Shown here: positions 54,062 through 62,677 of the stretch, piece by piece | How the letters are laid out: every line of letters begins with the position of its first letter | How positions within the stretch are numbered: the first letter of the stretch is position 1 | Origin: Gammaproteobacteria bacterium | GTDB taxonomy: Bacteria; Pseudomonadota; Gammaproteobacteria; Ga0077536 | DNA length: 64,000 nucleotides | NCBI GenBank assembly: GCA_963662545.2 | Contig: CAXXLL010000002.1 | Span: forward strand, 672,001 to 736,000 | Direction of reading: 5' to 3' | Made by a program: the position numbers and the translations under genes | The notes under the pieces: model-generated | The model's input: the letters and a program-made list of their open reading frames with translations, nothing else | Told to the model about the DNA's origin: nothing | The model's database searches: none

Positions 54062-54355
54062 TGTCAGGTTTCCAATCCCCTTGGATATTCTGTCCCCTTG
54101 GTTTTGTGGACAGGGATTGGAAGAATCGGGTGAGATACTAAGGATAGAGACTCGTAATGGACCGGACCGAGGGCTTTGGTGAATATGAGCGTGAAATGAC
54201 TGTTCAGGAGATCGAGCGTGTAGACCAGCCAAAGGATTATGAACTGGTAGAACATACATTTAACAGAGGTAGCGGTACCTATCTCATAGGCGATCAAGGT
54301 AACTGGACTGTTGATTCTCCTGCCTACTCATTTGATTTTAAATCAAGGATCAAGA

Positions 54356-54979
54356 ATGGTTAAAACTCTCTATGAATGGGATCGTTGGGCGTGTGAGCGC
54401 TGGTTTATATCACCGCTTGTGGACGCTGGTGTGCACCCTAATGCAGTCACACTCTTTACTCTAATTGCTGCCGTTTCCGGGGCGTTGCTTATGCCTCAGT
54501 ATCTCTGGTTAGGTGTTCTGCTTTTTTTCATTGGGCGTTTCTTTGATAACGCAGATGGTGGCGTTGCGCGGGCATCAAATAAGGTCACTAAGTTTGGTGA
54601 GAGCTTCGACACATGGACTGGAGCTGCTTCATTAGGCGCTCTATTCTTCATGATGGGCAGCGGGGCATTGGCGTTTCTAGGTGTTGCTGGTGCAGTTCTA
54701 TCCCGTGTCCTGTGCCTATTTGTTGATGATGAAAAGGAGTTCTTCAACCCAACATGGCTACGTAAGTTTCCTTTAGTTGTTGAACTATTACGTAATGAGC
54801 TGGCTGGTATGCCCTACTTCCTACTCCCACTGTTCGCGGCCTTTGATTGTGTGGACATATTCCTGTGGCTCACCTTATTGGGGAACTGGCTCACTATCAT
54901 CGTCTTCACACCTATACTCCTAAAGTCAGGTGGTAAGGCCAGAAAATGTAAGCTCGTTCCTAAAACAGGGGCTATGTAA
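54356..54979 (+). CDS. CDP-alcohol phosphatidyltransferase family protein
   Basis: HPNAVT, DNADGGVAR..TKFGESFD; AT-richer DNA. Confidence 0.88.
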   Translation: MVKTLYEWDRWACERWFISPLVDAGVHPNAVTLFTLIAAVSGALLMPQYLWLGVLLFFIGRFFDNADGGVARASNKVTKFGESFDTWTGAASLGALFFMMGSGALAFLGVAGAVLSRVLCLFVDDEKEFFNPTWLRKFPLVVELLRNELAGMPYFLLPLFAAFDCVDIFLWLTLLGNWLTIIVFTPILLKSGGKARKCKLVPKTGAM

Positions 54980-55136
54980 TGGCAAAACAGATTGGGCGTT
55001 ATCAACTATTAAGTATTCTAGCCAACGGTTGCCTGCCCTTCCGTCGCTACCGCTGATGTCCGCAAAGCCAGAAGCGGACCGGACGGAGTCACATAAATCT
55101 GTCCCCATTCATTCTCTCTCCTTCCCGTTTTTCTAT

Positions 55137-56026
55137 TCAGCCGGTTTCCATGGGTAGATCAGGATCGCTCGTCCATTCCGTCAGCGAGCCGTCATAGAGT
55201 TCGACATTTTCGACACCCAGGCGGGTGAGCGCGAAAACGGTGTTACTCGCCGCTATTGCCCCGCCGCAGTACGCAATCACGCGCTCTTTGTCGAGAGCAC
55301 CGACGTCTTCGAACTGCTGCCGTAGCGCCGCATCATCTGCGAAGTATTGTGTCGGGAGGTCGACGGTCGTCGAAAACGGCACATTCACGCTGCCTGGGAT
55401 GCGGCCGGGGCGCGCATAGCGCTGCGGCGGACGCCCGGCGAACTCATCCGGGTCGAGGGCGTTGATCAGGCATGCTGCGCCATCGCCGATGGTCGTGAGC
55501 ACGTCATCGCGACTGGACTGGCGATCAGACCCGTACGCGGGCGCGCAGTAAATTTCGCGGCCGGATGGTCGGGCGCCACGGTTGAGGTCGGCAATCCCCG
55601 CGCGCTCCATGTCGTCCATCCGCCATTGAGAACGGCCGCGTTATCGAAGCCGAAACAGCGCAGCATCCACCACACTCGGGCGGCCCAGGAATTCATGCCG
55701 CGGTCGTAGAGCACTACTGCTGTACCGTCGCCGACCCCGATGGCTGACATCACCTGTGCGAAGCGGTCAGCGGACGGCATCGCATACATGAAATTGGTTT
55801 GCGAGCGGTCGGAGAGTTCGTGCAGTAAATCGACGTAGGTGGCGCCCGCAATGTGCACCTCATCGAACAACGGTCGGCCGCTGGTCATTTCCAGTCCCTC
55901 TGCCGCCGTCGGCTCGAAATAATTGGGTAGCTGCGAGGTACATTCAACGATCCGTAGCTCAGGCGCATCGAGGTGCGCGGCAAGCCAATCGCACTCGACC
56001 AGGTAATTCAGTTCAGCCAGGTCCAT
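55137..56026 (-). pseudogene. Tandem-rhodanese sulfurtransferase, frameshifted near 55520
   Basis: HIAGA, AARVWWML, VLNGG / GRIPGS, YCGGAIAA, LYDGSLTEW in two frames. Confidence 0.85.
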
Positions 56027-56237
56027 TACCGTTCTCTCCTGCGGGTTGGACAAAAGGTGTCAGATTTATTTAAGGATAAAGGGAACGGAGGGACTCAAAA
56101 TCAACCAGTTGGCAAAATTTGATTCCTTCGTCCCCTTTATTATGACCGAAAGGCGCCGGATAGCCGCCGTTCGTCCCTGACAGAGCTTTATCAACTCGTG
56201 CAGGCGCCTCCCGGCCAGGACCGGACACCGAAGGCCG

Positions 56238-56268
56238 GAAAAAAGAAACCCGCCGAAGTGGGTTTCTG
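56238..56268 (-). terminator. Intrinsic terminator of the RidA gene
   Basis: AAAAAAGAAACCCGCCGAAGTGGGTTTCT. Confidence 0.7.
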
Positions 56269-56287
56269 CTGATACTCTTCAAACAGC

Positions 56288-56683
56288 TCAGGCGACGGCC
56301 GTTGCTTCGATTTCGATCATGATGCTTGGGTCGTAGAGGCGGGTCACCCCGAGGAGCGTGGACGCGGGCTTGCACCCGTCCGCCGCGACGATCCCGAGAA
56401 GTTCACCGGCCGCCTCCATGAAGCCGTCCACATCAGTGGTGTACATGTTCAGACGAATGACATTGCCAGGCGTCATCCCTGCCTCTGCCAGCGCGTCCTT
56501 CAGATTGGCCCAGGCGAACTTGAACTGCGCGGCGAAATCGCCCGGGTGCATTGGCGTGCCGTCGGCCGCGGTTGACGTCTGGCCAGAAAGGTAGAGCGTG
56601 CGCTCGCCGCCCGTCACTTCTACCCCATGGTTTATGTTGAAAGCCTGGAGCCAGGGCGTGGGATTTATATTACGAGTTTGCAT
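56288..56683 (-). CDS. RidA family protein
   Basis: LYLSGQT, PASTLLGVTRL, IEIEATA. Confidence 0.9.
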   Translation of the reverse strand: MQTRNINPTPWLQAFNINHGVEVTGGERTLYLSGQTSTAADGTPMHPGDFAAQFKFAWANLKDALAEAGMTPGNVIRLNMYTTDVDGFMEAAGELLGIVAADGCKPASTLLGVTRLYDPSIMIEIEATAVA

Positions 56684-56859
56684 GAAACGACCTCCTCGGA
56701 AAGTCCTGATAGAAACGTGCCTCGGCGAGGCGAAGCACCTGATCTGAGGCGCCAGTCCTGGCCGGCGCGCTTGTCCAGTGTATGCATCACAGCGCGGATG
56801 TTAAATCACCGCGCCGCACAATTGTCGTGTGTCAGCCCGGGACAGAACGTCAAGACGCG

Positions 56860-57422
56860 TAGCTCACTCGTTATCCTGGGACTCCCATAGGTGCCGTCAC
56901 TAGCAACGTGCACACGCCGTACCGCTTTCAGCAAGGCGCGGTCATCCCGTGCGTGTTGGCTCTCCGGCCGCCCACGCCAAGCGTAGTAGCCGCTCGATGA
57001 CACACCTGCCAGGCGGCACATCAAACGGATGGGATAGAGTCGGCGGTGTCGATGGATATGCGCATATCTCATATCGACTCCGTGGCAAAGTAAACCACCG
57101 CTTCCTTTAAAAAATCTCGTTCCTGTTCAACCTTGGCGAGTTTACGCTTCAACTGCGCGAGTTCTTCATCTCGCGCCTTAACCTTCACCGGGAAACGCAC
57201 TAACGCCGTGCTCCTCAACCGCGTCTCGCCAGCGCCGTAGCTGACGTGTGCTGATCCCCAACTCCTCTGCTACCAGTGCCGCCGTTACTCCCGGTTCATT
57301 GCATCGTCTCATCGCTTCTCGCTTGAACTCGGTGCTGTATCGCTTTCTTCGCGTCATGACCCACCTCCAGCAGGAGCATTATCCCGCTACATCTAGGTGT
57401 CCACGAAACTGAGGCAAGACCA
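56860..57422 (-). mobile_element. Truncated IS3-family element
   Basis: IRL TGGTCTTGCCTCAGTTTCGTGGACA, damaged orfA, orfB start ..[16 protein letters not shown]. Confidence 0.85.
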
Positions 57423-57438
57423 ACAAGCGGCCATTGCC

Positions 57439-58044
57439 TCAAGGGCCCTGGTAGGAGAAGGCGGAGTAAAATCCGTTCTTGTTCGAAAATTCCCAGTTAA
57501 AGCCCAGATCTTTGTAGCTCAACTTGCTGGAGCGGGCGGCTACCGCCGATTCCCCCGGGGCTATGCACAGGGGATGGTTGGTGATGGTGACATCCTGCCC
57601 GCCCTGTCCCTCGATGGCTTCAATGGCCACTTCCGCAAAGCTACCGATGCGTAGCCGGCGTTGCTTACCGTCGATGGTGAATTCCATGGGTGCCGAAGCC
57701 AGTCCGACGATCTCCGCTACGTGTGATGCCAGTATGGCCGGATGACCGCCGGCGTGGCCTCCAAATATTTGCTTCAGGGCCTCCCGCTGTCGGTCATTGG
57801 CCTTGTCGTCTAGGTAGACCGCGGCCTTCCACTTGACCTCCGCCATATGGCCGGGGGAATGCACCGCCAGGGCAACATTCAATCCGTCGAGGGACATGCC
57901 CTCGAAACTGCCTTTTTCGATGTGCCAGGCTATCAAGACCTCGCATTCGCCGGTGGTAGGCTTGCTGAGAAATACACACGGACAGGCCGTTTCGCAATTG
58001 CAACTTTCAAAATACTGTCCGCTCAAATTCCAGTCGTTCGCCAT
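57439..58044 (-). CDS. DUF1326 family protein
   Basis: GQYFESCNC..CPC..PTTGEC, IFGG..GG. Confidence 0.85.
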   Translation of the reverse strand: MANDWNLSGQYFESCNCETACPCVFLSKPTTGECEVLIAWHIEKGSFEGMSLDGLNVALAVHSPGHMAEVKWKAAVYLDDKANDRQREALKQIFGGHAGGHPAILASHVAEIVGLASAPMEFTIDGKQRRLRIGSFAEVAIEAIEGQGGQDVTITNHPLCIAPGESAVAARSSKLSYKDLGFNWEFSNKNGFYSAFSYQGP

Positions 58045-58465
58045 GGCAGTACCCTCCTCATGTGAATGAACGCCCGTGGTTTCGTGAACCGGGCGCTATG
58101 GTGTATAGATTCTATAATTGAAGCATAATCCGCGAAGTGTATATTCGGGTCGAAATGAGTATGGAACGAATAAGTCGCTTCTACCCCAGCACGCTCAATC
58201 TGGACGATTTCGGGCAGGGATGAACATACGAGGACGAATAACTCCTACATTTTCTGAGTAAAGTTGACGTGGTCGGTGAGTTTGGTCAGAGAGCACGATT
58301 ATATGTGAGCAGAAGCGGCCAGAAGCCGACGTAAAGGTATAGCCCACTGAATTCAAGGGGCAGGATCCTTGAACACCGAATGAGGTTTTCAAAGGATCCG
58401 ACCTCTTGAACGCTTGCCCTGGTACGTTTGCGATTGGCGGGTGTCGCTTCGCCGAAGAAGTTCCG

Positions 58466-59797
58466 ATGTCCCGATTGAACTATATGAAGTCGTTTGTCAT
58501 CTGCGTGTTTATGACTTGGGCGTTGTCTGTCTCTGGTAGCGAGGTCTCGTATCAGGACGTGAGGGATTGGCTGCAAACCGATGCAGCCGCACCTGTCGAC
58601 GGCATCGCCCCGGGTGTCTATGGCGTACGGGATCTGGCGAAACTCCGGCACTACCTTCCGCCGGGCTTTGCCGAAGAATTCGATTTCTCCGAATTGTCAG
58701 TCGAGATCGCCGAAACCGAACACTACCTTCCGCACAAAAGCTACCGCGCGGCGACAGAGCGATTCGAAGGCACCGCGAGCATCGGTCCGGACGGCGCGAT
58801 CGGATCCTATACCGCGGGACGCCCATTCTCGGCAGCTGCGATCGACGCCGCACCACCAGAAAAAGCGGGCTATATGGTTGCCTGGAGCCACATATTCCGG
58901 TGGCAACATTACGGTTACGAAACCGACATTCTGATGAGCTATGTCGAGCCGAACGCATCGGGCGACCGGCACACCGCCGGCATGGAGGGCGGCGGTAACG
59001 TAATTCGATCAATGACGCTCTACTATCGCCGGGTCTACCTGAACAAGCTCGCACATCAACCTGATGGTGACTACCGGTTGGACATCGACAACACCGATGA
59101 GCTGCATTGGAAAGAGTACATCGAATTTTTAGATCCCTTCGATGTGGCGGGTTCAAAATTTGTCGTCGAGCGATCGCTCGACCCGAACCTCGGTGATCAG
59201 ATGTATTCCTACCTGCCGAATGAACGGAGAGTACGACGATTATCGGTCAAGGAACGATCCGATAGCTTTATGGGCAGTGACCTGACCTTTGACGATCTAC
59301 AGGGCTTCTCCGGTCGTGTGCTGGACTATTCCTGGAAATATCTGGGACGCAAAGTCGTAATGCACGTCAGCGCGTCGCGACATGAGCAAGCAGTGTTTTT
59401 CGGGCCGCGCAGTCACGTTCCATCGGACCGATGGCAATTGCGACCGTGCTACGTCGTTGAACTCATCCCGAAGTGGGAAGGGCACCCTTACGGCCGTCGC
59501 GTCCAGTTTATCGACGCCGATTCGTTCAATACGGTGGTGTCGTTGATCTTCGACCGGGGTGATTCCTTATGGAAAATCGTGTATACGGCGTACGAACACG
59601 CAGATGTGCCGGCCGGTACCGAGCCGAACGCGGAAGAGTCCGTACACCGCTGGTCCGCCCTGGTGGCCATCGATCTACACAACAACACGACCACGGTCTC
59701 GCGCGAACCGCCAGGAACTCAGTCGCGATACGAGGCGGTGTCGCCCTCTCGGGTGAGGCGGATATTCGATGTGTCGAACCTCACAGGCGGCCGTTGA
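58466..59797 (+). CDS. DUF1329 family exported protein
   Basis: YTAGRPF, YSYLPNERRVRRL, GSDLTFDDLQGFSG, HPYGRR. Confidence 0.82.
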   Translation: MSRLNYMKSFVICVFMTWALSVSGSEVSYQDVRDWLQTDAAAPVDGIAPGVYGVRDLAKLRHYLPPGFAEEFDFSELSVEIAETEHYLPHKSYRAATERFEGTASIGPDGAIGSYTAGRPFSAAAIDAAPPEKAGYMVAWSHIFRWQHYGYETDILMSYVEPNASGDRHTAGMEGGGNVIRSMTLYYRRVYLNKLAHQPDGDYRLDIDNTDELHWKEYIEFLDPFDVAGSKFVVERSLDPNLGDQMYSYLPNERRVRRLSVKERSDSFMGSDLTFDDLQGFSGRVLDYSWKYLGRKVVMHVSASRHEQAVFFGPRSHVPSDRWQLRPCYVVELIPKWEGHPYGRRVQFIDADSFNTVVSLIFDRGDSLWKIVYTAYEHADVPAGTEPNAEESVHRWSALVAIDLHNNTTTVSREPPGTQSRYEAVSPSRVRRIFDVSNLTGGR

Positions 59798-60109
59798 CAA
59801 AGCGGCCGTTATGAGGGTGCCAAGGTGTGTTTTGCCCGGTACGACAACATGGACCAGCACCGATTGCTGGCGCGGGGTGCCGTTCATTTCAAAAATCGCT
59901 CGATGCTGAGTCGCCGGTGGCAGGTGATGGGCCGCACGGTGGCCGGGGGCGGCTTGGGTGAGAAACAAAACCTGTCCTTTTTAATTATTTGTGTTTATAG
60001 ATGCCTAATCGTCGTTTAACGTGACAATACCTCCATGATGCTTTCCCCTCAATGAACTGGTGGGGGCAGCATAAAGGCGGAATACTCAACCAGCTAATAT
60101 AATGCCAAG

Positions 60110-60254
60110 AATGTCGCCTTCGGGTCGTCAGCGGCCTGATCGCGCCAGCGCAATACCGCTCTAGATTACGTCTGCGATGCTCTCGGAAGCGGTCGTCGAA
60201 CTGCATTAAACGCCTTGCGAAAGCGCGACTATGGCTGGTGGGCATGCGCCGTCG
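60110..60254 (+). repeat. Three-box array repeat R20
   Basis: AATGTCGCCTTCGGGTCGTCAGCGGCCTGATCGCG..CTCTAGATTACGTCTGCGATGCTCTCGGAAGCGGTC. Confidence 0.92.
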
Positions 60255-60301
60255 TCTCCTTCAGGAATATGCTATCGATTCGTCATTTAGGGGGCAAAAA
60301 A

Positions 60302-60823
60302 ATGAACTGGGAAACAATAGGCGTATTTGCGGAAGTAGTCGCAGCGGTAGCCATCGTTGTGACACTCGTCTACCTCGTTATCGAATTACGTCGAAACACC
60401 GCAGCGACGCAGAGCGCAACACACCAGCAACAAGTCGATACCACAGTAGCGCTAAACACAAATGTTTCGAACGATCCGCAGCTCGCGACCCTAATCGCCC
60501 GAGCTAATGACGATTACACTTCTCTTGAGCCTTCCGAACAAATTCAACTTCAATATTTGTATACGAGCTACTTGAATATGTGGCATTACCAATATTCTAA
60601 TAAACAGAAGAAATTTCTCGATTTGGATGTTTTCACTGTATGGGATAAAGGAATGTCAATTTTGCTCAATACTCAAATCGGAATAAGGGAGACATGGGCT
60701 GCCATCGCCCACATTTACGACAACGACTTTCGAAATCACGTCGAAACTGAGATAAGCAGATTAGGACCCGTGGAAAGTCATACGGGTATGCTTGAGGAAG
60801 GGCCGAAGGAAAACGCACCCTAA
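60302..60823 (+). CDS. Hypothetical membrane-anchored protein resembling 27706-28242
   Basis: MNWETIGVFAEVVAAVAIVVTLVYL.IELRRN; AT-rich. Confidence 0.8.
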   Translation: MNWETIGVFAEVVAAVAIVVTLVYLVIELRRNTAATQSATHQQQVDTTVALNTNVSNDPQLATLIARANDDYTSLEPSEQIQLQYLYTSYLNMWHYQYSNKQKKFLDLDVFTVWDKGMSILLNTQIGIRETWAAIAHIYDNDFRNHVETEISRLGPVESHTGMLEEGPKENAP

Positions 60824-60982
60824 AAAGGCGCACAAACCCCGCGCCTGGCTATAGCTTTCATTTCGTCGGCGATGACAAGTGCCGACCGCCAGGAGCGATG
60901 CGGTGACCCTCGGTGTCCCTGATCCACGGCAGGGTGACTGAAGGAAAGTAGGCCTATGCCTATCACTCTTTCGGTCCCGTTG

Positions 60983-61085
60983 ATGGGTCGTCAGCGGCCT
61001 AATCACGGCAATGCAGCACCGCTCTAAATTGCGTCTGCAATGCGCTCCATAACGGTCGTCCTATTGTTTTAAGCGTCGCGCTCGA
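60983..61085 (+). repeat. Array repeat R21 (boxes 1-2)
   Basis: GGGTCGTCAGCGGCCTAATCACGGCAATGCAGCACCGCTCTAAATTGCGTCTGCAATGCGCTCCATAACGGTC. Confidence 0.9.
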
Positions 61086-61108
61086 AGCCAGTCCTCGGTA
61101 CCTGCAGT

Positions 61109-61435
61109 TCATTCGGTCGGGAGCGCGGGGACGATGTTCGTGTCAGAGCGGGTGCGCAGGGTCTCGTACTCGGTGCCTGCGGGCGGGGGGGTGTCGGTTA
61201 TGTTCCAGTTGCCCTGCACGTCGCGCCATTTATAAGCCTGTGTCACGGTCTGGGGCCGTTCCAGCGGGGTGCCCTTCAGCATCTTCTCGATACGGGCCTG
61301 CTCGAAGACGTAAACGTAGGTACCGGCAGCGCCCAGCACGAGCAACAGCAGCAGCCAACGCCAAGGAACTCGCCACTTGCGCTCGGGCGTAGTGTCGGCG
61401 AACTCAAACTGCTGAAAGCGATCGTCGCGCGCCAT
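61109..61435 (-). CDS. DUF4124-like membrane protein
   Basis: TM helix, YKWRDVQGNWNITDTPP. Confidence 0.8.
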   Translation of the reverse strand: MARDDRFQQFEFADTTPERKWRVPWRWLLLLLVLGAAGTYVYVFEQARIEKMLKGTPLERPQTVTQAYKWRDVQGNWNITDTPPPAGTEYETLRTRSDTNIVPALPTE

Positions 61436-61609
61436 GCTCGTCTACCCTCTCGAAGCGCCGGCGAACCAGCCGAACGATACGGGCCTGCTCGAAGACGTAA
61501 ACGTAGGTACCGGCAGCGCCCAGCACGAGCAACAGCAGCAGCCAACGCCAAGGAACTCGCCAGTTGCCCTCGCGCGCCATGCTCGTCTACCCTCTCGAAC
61601 GGCGAACCA

Positions 61610-61655
61610 GCCGAACAATTTAGCCAATGCGTTGCGTCGATCGGTTGAAACCGCA
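61610..61655 (+). mobile_element. IS30-family right-end remnant
   Basis: AEQFSQCVASIG* then AACCGCA, abutting GTC of box 1 in R22. Confidence 0.65.
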
Positions 61656-61785
61656 GTCGATAGCCGCCGAATTGCGGTAGCGCAGCACTATTTTAGATTA
61701 CGTCTGCAATCCTCTCGTAAGTGGTCGTCCAATAGCGTTAGGGAGCGCGACTATGAAGAGCGGCAACAGTCGGCCATTTGCAGAC
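61656..61785 (+). repeat. Three-box array repeat R22
   Basis: GTCGATAGCCGCC..TAGATTACGTCTGCAATCCTCTCGTAAGTGGTC..CAGTCGGCCATTTGCAGAC. Confidence 0.88.
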
Positions 61786-61844
61786 TATATAACCCAATTT
61801 CAGGCAGGCGCTTGCGTAGCTGAAATAAGAGAGCCCGCCTCGAC

Positions 61845-62207
61845 TTAAAATGCCCCTCTCCATTGTTGGGTGTCTACGAACCAACGCTCCTCATAAATCT
61901 TGTCACCGCGAAATCGAAACAGTGCCGCAAGTTGCGAAGCTTCGACCTTTGCGGACTTCCACGAGCAGATCGTCACGACCTCGTCATTTTCTTCGATATG
62001 CCGCAGGCCCGTTATCTCGAAACCAGCTGGCACCGCCGCGCCCAAATTTTCAACGGCGGCACGAAAACCCGGAATGCCCTCAATCAGGTCTGTTTGACCG
62101 GGCATGACGAAAATCATGTCCTCTGTGTAATCCGCGACCAAAGTATCCATATCGCCTTCGGCTACCGCATCCCAGCCGCGTTGGACAATTTCTGTGAGCG
62201 TCGTCAT
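61845..62207 (-). CDS. SnoaL/NTF2-like protein
   Basis: GDMDTLVADYTED, FRFRGDKIYEERWFVD; RBS GAGG. Confidence 0.82.
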   Translation of the reverse strand: MTTLTEIVQRGWDAVAEGDMDTLVADYTEDMIFVMPGQTDLIEGIPGFRAAVENLGAAVPAGFEITGLRHIEENDEVVTICSWKSAKVEASQLAALFRFRGDKIYEERWFVDTQQWRGAF

Positions 62208-62388
62208 GAGATTTCCTCTTGTTCTTATACCTGAGGTTATGGAGTGTAGCGCGAACCAAAAGCGGAACGCGACCCGAAACCGATAGGCGAGCGCGGCGGT
62301 ATCGACACGCACGACGGATAAGCAGGCTACCCCGGCCGCCGAATTATCCTGGCAAGGTTTTTATGAATTGCAACAATAGTCCGCTATG

Positions 62389-62446
62389 TGGTCTTGCCTC
62401 AGTTTCGTGGACATCTAAATGTAGCAGGATAATGCTCCTGCTGGAG
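62389..62446 (+). mobile_element. IS3 left-end remnant after a box-1 arm
   Basis: GTCCGCTATG then TGGTCTTGCCTCAGTTTCGTGGACA, same IRL as at 57422. Confidence 0.8.
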
Positions 62447-62677
62447 CCAGGCGTTACCGCTCCATGGTGCCAAATGCGGAGATGCCTCGGAAGAGCGTGC
62501 GGACCTCAGTCGGCGGCGCGATGCAAAAACTCCGATAGGCGTCCACGATGGGGAGTCATCATTTTGGGCCGAATTGCAGGTCATTATCGACCTTCCGTTG
62601 GGATCCTTTCCAACACCGCGCCAATTATCGAGTCGGTTGAAACGCCCTCAACCTTGCCGCCGCGTCTTTTTCTCTCC

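Noticed and set aside
54157-54363. Possible phosphodiesterase C-terminal fragment (WTVD)
   Set aside because: A single short motif is not enough for a call.
45944-61655. Two inward-facing IS30 ends as one 15.7-kb composite transposon
   Set aside because: Both are diverged right ends lacking transposase bodies; independent insertions into box 1 are simpler.
12-61785. Repeats as a CRISPR array
   Set aside because: Repeats are ~140 bp and diverged, spacers are kilobases, and there are no cas genes.
12-61785. Repeats as classical attC sites (integron/CALIN)
   Set aside because: No RYYYAAC...GTTRRRY ends or single long hairpin, cargo is on both strands with truncated neighbours, and there is no intI in the window.
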